Source: the human T2T-CHM13v2.0 reference genome, Homo sapiens. From it: a stretch of 64,000 bases of DNA. The stretch lies in NCBI RefSeq assembly GCF_009914755.1, contig NC_060933.1; one strand, 5' to 3'. The translations under genes were made by a program, and so were the position numbers. The notes under the pieces were generated by a model. That model worked only from the letters and a program-made list of their open reading frames with translations, did not search any database and had not been told where the DNA came from. This document shows, in pieces, positions 1 through 13,461 of this stretch; position 1 is the first letter of the stretch, and every line of letters starts with the position of its first letter.

Positions 1-609
1 CCTGAACACCTCTACAACAAACCTGCTCTAGAGAAATTAAAGTAAAGCCAGGCCTAGGAAATTAATCTGGCAAGCTAGTTTATTGTTCTTGCGTCCTTCA
101 CACTCATATTTAGGGCCTAGAATATTGGGTTCAAGTGGGTCATAGTTCTAAAAATTTCCTGGAAACATGAACCTTGTAATGACTTTATATATATTTTATA
201 TATTTTTATTGATTTTCTCACTGGAATTTTTTAACATGAAAAAGTGAATATGTATTTGATAGAAAAGATTTTTTCTGAAGTCTGATGTATTCTTATGATA
301 AATGAAAAGCCAGATTTTCATAATGATAGGCATATTACCTTTGAAGATTTTGATCACTTAAAGATAGACATAATCAAACTTTTTATAATAAAAAATAGAT
401 TTTTCCCATTATTTAAACATGTATTTTGGTATACCTTTAGTTCTATGAGGTAAGAGGAAGAATTTCCCAAGCTCAGCACATAAAAGTTTATGTGAGAATA
501 TTTTTGATTGTTCCATGAGTTATACATTTTCAGGAAATAGAATAAAATTCCTCCAAGATACATAGCTGCCATAAGCAACTGAGTGCCAAATTCTTTGCTG
601 CTAAATGCT

Positions 610-815
610 CTACATGCATTATCAAGTTTGTTCTTATAAAAACTCTGGAAGGTAGATATCATTCCTATTTTATAGAATAAAAAAATCTGCCTCAGAAAAG
701 TTAATAAATTTGCTCAAGATCACCTTGACACTTAAAAGTAATCGGTGGCCAAGGTTTGAGCCAAGGTTTGATCTTAGCTCCATCTATCTCAAGACTCTGG
801 TCTGCACTATCAGAC
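610..815 (-). mobile_element. MIR
   Basis: AAGGTAGATATCATTCCTATTTTATAGA...GCCTCAGAAAAGTTAA...TTGCTCAAGATCAC. Confidence 0.65.
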
Positions 816-3149
816 TCCCCCAAAGATTAAAGGCAAAACAGTTTTCAATTTACCTAAAACACTGTTCAGTAATTCTCTCTGGACTCTGATTTTTTTCCTT
901 TGCTTTACTTCAACCTATCTCTAGTAAGAGAAGTAGCTGAAGACTATAAAATGTGCTTTGTCTACATGTATGGAATACGGGAGGAAAAGAAAAATGCCTT
1001 CATAAGACAACAAGTCGATGACAAAGCTGGGAATTAAAAGTTTTAATTTTGCCCAGCTCATCAAATGCAGAATTGACACATCTTTTTTTTGTGAGGCCAC
1101 TTTTCATATTTGAATCTAAGATAAGTGATGTAGTGAGATAATGTAATTTTCCTTCATTGCCTCCAGTCTTTGATTAAAGAATTATAGCCTTGCTTTGAAA
1201 AGTAGGCATTTTTCAGTGACTCATTAAACTAATCATGAATTTTATTCCACTTCCTTTTGTAGTGGAACTCTTGTCCTTAGGCCTCCTTTAAGAACATCAT
1301 ATAAAACCTTACTAATGCTAATATTAACAAGCACATAAACTGTTATAATAACCACTCCTAAAGAATTTACATAGACTAATGCATTCATGCTTATTTTCAA
1401 CGACTATACATCAAGTATGTACAAGATTGAAGTTCCACAACGCAAGACCTTCCCCTACACAGATGAAAAGTCAAGGGACAAAGAAGGAGAGAGAAGTATC
1501 AACCCAGTTCCAATATGTAAGGACTGTTATTTGTCTAAGAAAAAAAATGGGTTATTTCTCGCTAATGGTCAGTTTCACTAAGAGTTTCTCCCTCCACTAT
1601 CAGTAAGTCTCAAAAAGGCCTGGCTTCTAGGAGGCAGTGGTCTGTTCAGTCATGCCTGAAGCTATTTTTCAGGTTAGTTAAGTATCAAAAAACTTAGAGC
1701 AGTGCTGCTGAGTGCATCATTATCTGCCAGTGAAGAGAGAGAGCCACAGTTGTGCAGCTAAGTGATGCAGGGTATGGACCTTAGCAGTAACTCTACCAGC
1801 ATCTCAGTTATTACTAAAAAAGTCACCAGAGACATAACCCTGGCCATTGGCATTTTGCTTTTGGCAAAAACCTTGGCTTCCAACAGCTTTCTACAGCTGT
1901 TTAAAACACAGTTTACATATACCTTATTTATATAGTATAGACAAATAGTGGATACATGTGCATGTGGAATAAAGTATCCTTAACTCAAATTGTGTGGGTA
2001 GAATATACCTTTCTTTTTAATTTATTCCTTTTTCTATTCATCCACTTATGACAACAGCCTGGTATATCAGCTACATTCCTGGATATTCACTGGGGCACAA
2101 ATGTAGAAAGAAAACTGATAAGAGAAATGTAGATTTTAATTAAAGAGCATAAAGTAAAGCATTTTTCCATGGCTAACAATAGAAATGCTTAGATTCTTCA
2201 GTTGGTCCTTTTCATTGAATTTATTTCTTCCTACTGTGAGATTTAATTTAAAATATAAAGGAATTCTACAGCTAGAAAGGTTTACAAAAATTGCTTATGA
2301 AATACGTTGAGATGTTCATATGGAATATTAAGAAAGGTATCACGAAATGAAAAAAATAAGGGAAAATACAATGAATACTACAAATATAAGCATAGAGAAA
2401 ACTATGTTTTGAGTTTGAGGGGAAAAAAAGCAAAATTAAGGTAATTCAGAAGCATCCAAAAGAACCATTGAACTCCCTTACTAATCCTCTTGGATAACAT
2501 TTAGTTTTGTGATTATTAGTTGAAAATATTTATGCTATACCATTCACCTCACCTTACAAGCACGCCTTTTAATTAAAAAAAGTGCCTTTACCGTCAAAAG
2601 TATTTTTGTATGAGAATGATGTGCATACAGACATATACAATTAAACAATTACAAGGTAACCTTTGTCCCTCCAGCAAAACAAAACCTTAATGTCCCATCT
2701 AAGCCAGGCTAAATCTTAAAGACCTAAATAGTTGGACTTAAACACTAACAGACATCACAAGACAAAAGAAAATACAACTTCTGGGTTACTGTGAAAAGCT
2801 TCTTCATGTACTCTGTAGACAGTGAGGATTGAGGAAGCCAGGGCAATCTACCAGTGGCAACTAGAAACATCTTTCCCCCCAAATTTCCGTAAAATGGTAA
2901 GTTTAATTTGCAACACAAAGGCAGAGATGTTTACTGAGTGAACCAGATAGGAAATGTATATGATTGACATTCACGAACTAAATCATTTGTTACTATCACC
3001 TATACATTTTCATCAGACTTCCTATGACCCAAAGGAGAGTAGCCATACTTCTTATCACTTATTTCTTCAAGTGCACACACATCATTTAAACCTAATTTCC
3101 TACCATTTCTTCCTAGTCCAGCCTCACTGAACTACTGTTATTTAATACT

Positions 3150-3490
3150 CCTGTGTCTTTGCCCATGAAGTTTTCTCTCACTGAAGGCTATCTTCATCTG
3201 GCAAATTCCTACGCATGCCTTAAAATCCAAGTGAAATGAAATATCTCCTGTGAAGCTCTCTTTAAACCCATAGATGGAGTTATCACTACCACCTGGATTT
3301 TCCCATGGCATTTTGTACACTCATTTTCTGTATCTCTTAGCAAACCATATGCTAATTACTTGGTTAATATTCTGTCTTCTTTACTAAGTTATACACTCCA
3401 CAAAGACAGGATCATTCTTTTATGTATCTCTAATGTCCTGTACAGGTCTTGGCACAAGATACTAATCATGATTATTTTCTTAAATGAAAA
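3150..3490 (+). mobile_element. L2 3' fragment
   Basis: TGGCAAATTCCTAC...ATCTCCTGTGAAGCT...GGACAGG-like end, GGCACA...AAATGAA. Confidence 0.6.
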
Positions 3491-3896
3491 GTATTCCTTG
3501 TTAATTTCTTTATTCCGTAATATACTTAATATAATCTTTACTTAATATAATATAAATAATATATACTTAATATTATCATTAATCATCAACAATATAAAAT
3601 TACAGTTCATATTGAAAATAGCAAACTATCTTAAGTCCAAACCAGTGATGTTCAAATTAACATTTGGTTGAGTATCCTGATGCAGAAAATTGCCTCAGTT
3701 ATTCAATATAGATGAGAAAAGAAATTCTTAATAGCTTATTAGAGAAAGGTTAACTTATTTCTGTCATGATATTAGCTGGAGTTGGGGAATAGAACAGTCC
3801 TTCATGTACTAATATTTCTAAAGTTATGGGTCTGGCCCTCACTTTGGAATTTTTAGAAATGTGTCCTTTACCAAATACTACACTCATGCTTTCCTT

Positions 3897-4090
3897 CAGT
3901 GGGCAGAATTGCCAGCCACAGGAGGAATATTTGCAAATGTGGTGTGGGAACGTTGGTGTGTTTGTAACAAGACTGGCAGATGCTAGTGGCATTTAGTAGT
4001 CAGAAGCTAGGGACGCTCAGTGTTCAGCAATGCTTGGGAAGCCTCACATAAAAAAGAAATGTTTACCTAAAACCATAATAGCACCTCATT
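3897..4090. mobile_element. MER20-like hAT-Charlie DNA transposon relic
   Basis: GCTAGTGGCATTTAGTAGTCAGAAGCTAGGGACGCT...CAATGC...AAAGAAATGTT...AATAGCACC. Confidence 0.6.
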
Positions 4091-4241
4091 GCTTATACCC
4101 AATAATTTAAGGGATTCAAGAATCATCTTGTATTGATTTTTATTACTAACTTCTGCAGCCTGGGTTACACTTTGGAAAACATTACAGTCTCCTCATTAGT
4201 CTATGCCTGTAATGGAATTTCACTATTAAACACAAATTCTT

Positions 4242-4538
<297 letters not shown>

Positions 4539-6910
4539 CTAGAATTGTTAACTAAATGGAACTCATGTTGGAAAACATAACGGGAAAAATGCATCAATTT
4601 TCTGCATTACTTCAGCACGTTTTCTGGTTACCATGTGACCAAGTAGAATTTCATTGATGGATTACTAATAGAAAGTGTATTTGTTGCCCAACTTCCTTCC
4701 TTTTCTGTGTACTTCATGAAAACCAGCTGTTTTCTTTGGAACTGATTGGGTTACTTTCTTTGTCTTTTTTTTTTTTTTTTTTGTGGCAAGTAAGTTAAAT
4801 ACTATGCATTAGTAATATATATAGGTAAAGTAATAAGGTGTTTCCAGAATTCCTTAGTAAGTCTATCCTCTAAGAGAAAAGCAATAAAACCAACACACGA
4901 AATTAGTTGTATGTCATGTTTCCTTAAAGTAAGTATTTTTAAGTAGAGAAAAAAAATTAGTAAAGGATTTTGTTACTGCTAGATCTGGATTTGAATCCTA
5001 GTTGCAAGTTATGTAGCAATGGGTGAGATTCTGATGTCACTTTTCTATAAAAACTTCATAGGATTTTTTGTTGTTGTTCAGGATTAAATAACATATTTCA
5101 TGTCCATAGCAAAGGGTCTGGCTCAGAAAAAAAATGGTAGATAATTGTTTTCAAAGAAATTAATTACCTCATTAATTGTATTTACATATCTGAAGAAAGA
5201 CTAGGTTAACTAATGAAAAGATTGAAAGAGAATCTCAGTGTATATTAGTAATTGGCTATCATTGACTTAAGGAGATAATTCCCTGATTCCTTTATTGTGG
5301 GGATTTTGAGTTGATTGACAGAACTATCCCAACTCTTGATGATTCCATCGGGTAGGTTAAGGATGCTAGCCCTTTATGTCCCATTAATTTCATTGATCTG
5401 GCTCCCTGTTTGCCAAGTAAACCTCTACTATTATTTTTGTTTGTTTGTTTTGCCTGTTTATGATCATTTCCCTAGCTGGAGTGGGTATACTGACTAGATA
5501 ACTTAACAGTTGGTTTAGTTGGCAGTCAATTCTCATTATAAATCAACTTCCTATGCTGGTCTATGGGGAGTTTTGTTATTGAAAAGTCTATATCAGTAGA
5601 TTTCAATCTGATCAATTGCAGATGCATTGACAAAAATTAAATTTCTGGAACTGTAAAGCTAAGGGTGGGACTCTAAGCTAACTATTTGTCCACATCTTAC
5701 CTGCAGAGGCTCTAAATAAGTGGTAAGCTAGTCCTACTTAGGAATCACCATCATTTTCTATAACTGCTACAAAAGCATTAAATTTGAAGGAATGCCAAAA
5801 TTCGATATCTACATTAGATCCTTTGACTTCATGTCCTAGTGGAATAGTTAAACAGTCTGAATTTGCTGCATTTATTGAATAGTCCTGGAGAGTCAAAGAA
5901 AGCACAAATGGTAAGTCAAATGTCAATTCTAAGGACTGGAATTGGATTCCAATTCTAAGAGTCATTGGATTGCTTTATATGGAGAAAGGATTAGTGCTAT
6001 TTTGGATTTGCACAGATAATTTGCATCTTGAAATTGATAATCTCTTTTGTATGAAAGCCTGATAAAATCACATCTGTCTGTTTCAAGTAGCACAGGATCA
6101 GAACAGTACAATAAATTGAAAGGAGCAGGAAAATGGGCAAATGGGCTTAAAGTAGTTAAGAAAATAGAGAGATGAACTAGTGAATCAAATTGCTCAACCT
6201 TTTTAATATGGACTGGATAATGACTAAGAAGATGGTTTTCAGTTGGTTTTTGTGTATGAAACATAAACACCAAGGGAAAAGAGGTGTTTAACATAGAACA
6301 AACATGTATAAATAGAAGACCTGGTGATGAAAATGAGAAAAGGAAACTTTAGTGTCAATATCAAGTAAATTTTTCCAAGCATAAGAACTGCCTATTAGAT
6401 TACTTAAATTGCTCATAAAAAAGGAAACCAATAACTCAAGTCTCAAGAAATATTTTAATCCAGAGAAAAAATTCAGTGAAACAAGAGGTAATTATTAGAT
6501 CTTTTGGTTATATTTATTTTTATAAAAACTTTTGTTGTGACTTCTTGCAGTAAGCATATGCTTAACTTAGAAGCATAAACTACTTGTGCAGGAGCACCGA
6601 GAGTCCTTTTTGGAATAAGGTTAATAATGGATATATTGAATGGTAGATATTGAAACAGGTAGGTACGTAGGCAGACAGATTGAGATAGATAAATGGTTGA
6701 ACAGACAGAAAAATAAATAGATAAAATAGTTTGTATTTCTTAAAAAATTAATTGATCTTTAAAGTCCTTTAATAATTGCATAAAGGTTATTGTTTTTTGG
6801 AAATGTATGCTATTCTTGTGAGCTTGGGGGTAAATGGCATATATAATTTCAAATGAGAAAAATATACCTTTTTCCAGAACATCTCAAATGTAGGTTTGTC
6901 AGGCCTATTA

Positions 6911-7060
6911 CAGTATTTCTCAAACCTAGCTACAAACTACAATCCCTTAGGATTCTTGTTAAAAATACAAATTACCAAGATCTATACTAACCCATTGAAT
7001 AAAAATCTTTAAAGAGAAAGGCCTGTGAATAGGAAGTTTTAAAAAGTACTAGTGAGGTGC
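6911..7060. mobile_element. MER5-like DNA transposon fragment
   Basis: CAGTATTTCTCAAACCT...CTTGTTAAAAATACAAATT...TGAATAAAAATCT. Confidence 0.55.
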
Positions 7061-7214
7061 TTATATAAGATTTCTTGAATGTAACTACATCCACAGACAA
7101 CATTCATAATGCCATCCATAATTCCAGGGTTAAGAGTTTCAATCTGTAAGCTTTTTCTGACTTAATTTTGGTCTTTGGAAAATAACTGGTATACTTGATC
7201 TCCTGGAGTGTATT

Positions 7215-7640
7215 TTCAGTTCAGTTCCCTAAGAAAGAGTTGAAAGTCTACTATGTTTAAGTCTTTGCTGAGTGCTGGAAGATGGGGACAGAGTTAGAGG
7301 AGGTAGTAACAACAAGAGACAATGACAACAAAAAACGGGACTCCTGCCTACAAGGAGTTTACTGTCTGGTTTGGTAAACCAAAATAACAAAGACTAATTG
7401 AAGCCTATGCAAGACAGTATATGTGGCTATTAAAGAAGTACAACAAGGATGTAAAGAAGATTGAGATCAGTGATTGAGTTGCATCCCAGTTACAAAAACT
7501 GGATGGACTTCTGCATCTCATTTAGTCTAGTGGGGTGGATATTTTGCAGTGGAAACTTTTGAAAGGTGAGATTTTAATACCCAGTATTAAATCCTCTGAA
7601 AGAAATGAATGCAATAGAGGCAGGAATGTGCATGAGGTGC
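7215..7640 (-). mobile_element. L2 fragment
   Basis: TTGAAAGTCTACTATGT...GTGCTGGAAGAT...CCTGCCTACAAGGAGTTTACTGTCTGG. Confidence 0.55.
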
Positions 7641-8929
7641 TTTCTGGCCATCAAGGAGACCATCTAAGCAGAGCAAAATGTCACCTTTTCTCTTTTCTCC
7701 ATCCATCACTGCATTGTCACAGTGTTCTCTGAACCAAGATTATGCAGAAAATTAGGCCACAGTAAGAAATGTTCTGCTCTTATGTGGGTTCAAAAGGTAG
7801 GGACATGAGGAAGCTTTAAGGGTTACTAGAAGCTCAAAGTGTGCGAGGAAGGCAAGCGTTGCACATAGTGGGGGTTGAATACAGTGATACATGCAGGGAG
7901 TTTCTGACACATGGGATAATTTGTAGTCTAAACTATGAGGTACTATGAATTTATTTGCATACTTTGGGTATTTTAGGCAATTCTCTAATGTTGCAAAACG
8001 GGAAGTAGCCTATAAAATAATATGTTTATATAGTATTTTCTAAGAACATCAAATTGTTTCCTCAAGACTACCACATTATCATCTATTTTTAAAAGATGAA
8101 TTTTGATTTATAGTTAGAGTCAGGACTGGCTGTCTGTACTCTAATTCAGTTCTGAGATGCGCTTCTGACCTATTTTTGTGAACACTTGGAAAACATCTGC
8201 TCCAGATTTGAGAAAACCATGTGTTAATTTTTTTCTTCTCTCTCTCCTTCTCTCCCTCCCTCACTTCTCTTCCTCCCTCCTTCTCCCTCTCTCTCTCATC
8301 TTGCTGGATGTGAAATTTGAACCAAGAGTCATTAAGCTTCCTGTCTTACCCATTCTTTACACAGTTTTTATACAATTTTAAACATTAAAAGGTCTTCTTT
8401 TTTTCTTTCACAAATAGCTTCAGCAAAAGTGGCAGAAACTAATTGATAATCTTACCCAGGCTCAATACTCCAGGATTACTTGATCGAAATTCTTCCCCTT
8501 AAGACCGCTTCTCTTCCCCAGGCTACCCAGGCCTCAGGCTCTTTGGCTGATTTGCTCTGTGCTAAGGGAAGCCCAGATCTCCATGTCTTTGGTGAGCAGA
8601 CAGATGGGAAGGGCCACAGTTGTACAGCATTGTCAAAAATGATATCATAAAGTTCTACTTTTGATTTTTAAATAGAATCTCAAGAGAAAGTATTTTCCCA
8701 CTCAGCCTTGTGTGATGTCATTCACAGCAGAAGCACACAGCCCTCATTCGTTATGAACTGCTAGCTGTACCACAATCAGCCCCCTTCAGATGTAACTGCC
8801 CACAGGTCAAGAGAAAGCAGTCAGTCTTAAACTTGGCTTGAATAGTCAACTGAGTTTTTGCTGTCCCTGGGCCCTCAAATCCCTGCTTTCATGCTGTGTC
8901 AGAACTAGGAAGGAGAAGAGCCAGCAAAA

Positions 8930-9171
8930 AATTAATAATTTCAGAATAAAAACTATAGAGTTATTTATCCTAAAAGAAACTAATAAAATAAATACACACT
9001 AGTTAGACTAATCTAGCAAAAGACAGAGAAAGTACAAATATTGATTGTGGTTTGGTAAAGAGGAAAGAATTGCAGCTATAGAGGAAATTAAATATTTGAA
9101 AACCTAGATAAAGTAATCGATTTTTTAGAAAAACATAAACTACCAAAATTTACTTAAGTGGTAAAAATCTT
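8930..9171 (+). mobile_element. Old L1M ORF2 fragment (left of the retrocopy)
   Basis: A-rich degenerate ORF2-like sequence (TTTGAAAACCTAGATAAA...TTTAGAAAAACATAAACTACCAAAATTTACT). Confidence 0.65.
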
Positions 9172-9879
9172 TTTTTTTTTAACTTCTTGCCTTTTAATAA
9201 TATCTTTGAATATAGATGGTTTCAATTCTCCAATAACAAGATGTAGAGTGCCCAAATGGTTTTTCATACATGTTTCCCTAGTCCAGACACCCAAGAGTAT
9301 GTCCCTCTCTTGGGCATAAGAAAACCTAGAGTTATATTTAGGGCATCATGTGTGGTGAATAGTTGACCGAGCTGTCATGCTCACAATGACCAAATTATGT
9401 TTGTCATATTTTAATCCAATACATTGATCTACTATGAACTTGTAAATAATGTATTTGCTTTCTAGACACATTCCAGGAAGACCAGAGAAACTGACTTTTA
9501 TCCATATGGAATAATCCACTGGCAAATTTCTTTTAGGACAGACCAAAGCTGATCTAGAACATAATCTTTACATACTTGGATCCTTCCCATCAGACAAGAA
9601 AGAACATCTGGGGTGAAAGACTCCATTAGAAGAGCAATGTGGGATGGTGCTGTGCTGACAACTGGTAATTCCTGCCCTACATCTTTGTAGAGGACTGGAG
9701 CCCAGAGCATGCCATGGTCAACTTGTATGTTGAAGTGAAGACCTCCTTCGAGGTGTTCATGTGCTTATTACAGATATGCCATGGTGCTAAGTACCCCAGG
9801 ACTACAGGAAAAAATAAGAATAGATGTTGTATCCATGATCATGAGGCACACAGGCCAGAGCGCCAGCTGTGGAATCGCA

Positions 9880-9965
9880 CAGCCTGGGTTCAAAGCCTGG
9901 CTGGGCCATGACCACCTGAATGACCTGAGGAATGGTCTCAGGCAAATTTGTAAAAAGTGGAGACC
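9880..9965 (+). mobile_element. MIR fragment inside the retrocopy
   Basis: ACAGCCTGGGTTCAAAGCCTGGCT...TGACCTGAGG...TTGTAAAAAGTGGAGA resembles the MIR core. Confidence 0.5.
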
Positions 9966-10592
9966 CTGCCTGCCAGGGAGGCATGTGGTAAGAGGCGCAT
10001 CCAGTCAGGTCAGGGCACCGCGTTCTCTCTTTGGAAACCTGCGGAGCGAGGCTGGTGGCCCTTGAGGCCACGGCAGCCATGGAGAAGGCGGGCCTGGCTC
10101 CAGGCAGCACAGAGGCACTGGAGAGGCCCCGGGGGAGCCTGGCGGGATCTGGCTGGTCCTGTGCTCTGCTTCCAGGTTCTGGCCCTGTAACCCGGGGGAC
10201 AGGGCCGGCCAAGACAGGGCCACTGGGTGCCAGCCAGCACCTGGGCGAGGTGCCAGGTGGAAGGGCTCTGGCGGATCAGCCCCGCACCCCCAACAGCCCC
10301 ACGGGGGGGCCCGTCCAGGGCCACACAACTGCCCCCAGGAGCAGGACGTCCCTGAGGCTAGAGTCCAGCTGGACCGGTGGAAGGGTCTCACCCTTTGCCC
10401 TTTGACTCCTCTTGTAGGCACCCTCGCTGGGCTCCTAAGCACTCCTCCACACCCTGGCTCTGTCACCAGCCCCATAGTGATGTCATAAACTCCCAGATGC
10501 CCAGTGTGCACCCAGCCACAGAGAAGTGGGTGACTTAGGAGTATCCTCTCCGCTTCTGACCCTTGGTTTCGTCTGTGCACAACTCACTCAAA

Positions 10593-11816
10593 ATGGGCAA
10601 CTCATTAAGCATATTTTGTTCCTGGTTCCGCCGCAGGTCCTGGCCATGCCATTGGCAACCTGCTCGTCTTGTCCATGAGGCCTTCCCAGCTGGCCGGGCT
10701 AACCCCGCGGCTCCTGCACCTGTGCCTGCCCGGGGAATCGTGGGCCGTTTCCCACTCCTCTTCAACCCTCAGCGACATCTTGGGCCTTCTTTTCCAGTCA
10801 GTTGGGACGGCGCCCCTATGAGGCTGTGTCTTATCCCTCGGAACATGGGCACCCCACAGAGGGTCCTGTCTCCTGTGGTCTGGAGCCCCGCCTCAAGGAA
10901 GAAACCCACGCTGTCTGCTCACAACTCCAGGATGTTTGGACACCTCAGCCCCGTGAGGATTCCTCATCTCAGAGGCAAGTTTAACCTTCAACTTCCTTCA
11001 TTAGATGAGCAGGTGATCCCAGCCAGGCTCCCGAAGATGGAGGTGAGGGCAGAAGAGCCCAGAGAAGCAACGGAGGTGACAGACCAGGTAGAGACCCAGG
11101 GGCAGGAGGACAATAAAAGGGGCCCCTGTAGCAATGGGGAAGCAGCTTCCACCTCTAGGCCCCTGGAGACTCAGGGAAACTTCACTTCCTCCTGGTACAA
11201 TCCCAGGCCCTTGGAGGGAAATGTCCACCTCAAGAGCTTGACAGAAAACAACCAGACTGACAAGGCCCAGGTGCCTGCAGTGAGTTTCTACTCCAACGGC
11301 CATGGAGTCGCCAGTTCACACAGCCCTGCTGGAGGCATCCTTCCCTTTGGGAAGCCTGACCCACTTCCAACAGTGCTCCCTGCCCCAGTTCCAGGCTGCT
11401 CCCTGTGGCCAGAGAAGGCGGCCTTGAAGGTGCTGGGTAAAGACCACCTGCCCAGCTCTCCAGGCTTGCTGATGGTGGGGGAGGACATGCAGCCCAAGGA
11501 TCCTGCAGCTCTTGGGTCAAGTAGGTCTTCTCCACACAGAGCTGCCGGCCACAGTTCCCACAAAAGAAAACTGTCGGGGCCACCGCTGCAGCTGCAACCG
11601 ACCCCTCCCCTGCAACTGAGGTGGGATAGAGACGAGGGGCCCCCACCGGCTAAGCTTCCATGTCTATCTCCTGAGGCACTGTTGGTGGGTCAGGCTTCCC
11701 AAAGAGAAGGACGCCTCCAGCAGGGCAACATGTGTAAGAACATGAGGGTGTTAAGTAGAACATCAAAATTCAGGAGAGTAAGAGAGCTGCTTAGGAGGAG
11801 AAAGAAGAGATGGTAG
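10593..11816 (+). CDS. Intronless NPAP1/POM121-related ORF (UPF0607-type), 407 aa from ATG 10593; expression unproven
   Basis: MGNSLSIF...FGHLSPVRIP...SNGEAASTSRPLETQG...PLEGNVH...GKPDP...LRWDRDEGPPPAKLPCLS is collinear with the recalled NPAP1 N-terminal region (MGNLLSKF...FGHPSSVRIP...LLWDRGELPPPAKLPCLS) and with UPF0607 proteins. No internal stop or frameshift. The ORF track starts at an upstream TTG (10563). Confidence 0.85.
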   Translation: MGNSLSIFCSWFRRRSWPCHWQPARLVHEAFPAGRANPAAPAPVPARGIVGRFPLLFNPQRHLGPSFPVSWDGAPMRLCLIPRNMGTPQRVLSPVVWSPASRKKPTLSAHNSRMFGHLSPVRIPHLRGKFNLQLPSLDEQVIPARLPKMEVRAEEPREATEVTDQVETQGQEDNKRGPCSNGEAASTSRPLETQGNFTSSWYNPRPLEGNVHLKSLTENNQTDKAQVPAVSFYSNGHGVASSHSPAGGILPFGKPDPLPTVLPAPVPGCSLWPEKAALKVLGKDHLPSSPGLLMVGEDMQPKDPAALGSSRSSPHRAAGHSSHKRKLSGPPLQLQPTPPLQLRWDRDEGPPPAKLPCLSPEALLVGQASQREGRLQQGNMCKNMRVLSRTSKFRRVRELLRRRKKRW

Positions 11817-11898
11817 GGCAGGCGTGGTGGCCCACGCCTGTAATCAAGCACTTTGGGAGGCCCAGGCGGGCGGATCAGGAGGTCAAGAGATTGAGACC
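11816..11898 (+). mobile_element. AluSc, 5' part (interrupted by SVA2)
   Basis: GGGCAGGCGTGGTGGCCCACGCCTGTAATC...GGATCAGGAGGTCAAGAGATTGAGACC; GTCAAGAGAT is the Sc-type diagnostic. The element continues at 12981. Confidence 0.85.
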
Positions 11899-13447
<1,549 letters not shown>

Positions 13448-13461
13448 AGTTAGTCGCTTCC

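Noticed and set aside
9714-11646. Overlapping short ORFs on both strands around the NPAP1-like ORF
   Set aside because: Expected shadows of GC-rich sequence; no recognisable homology.
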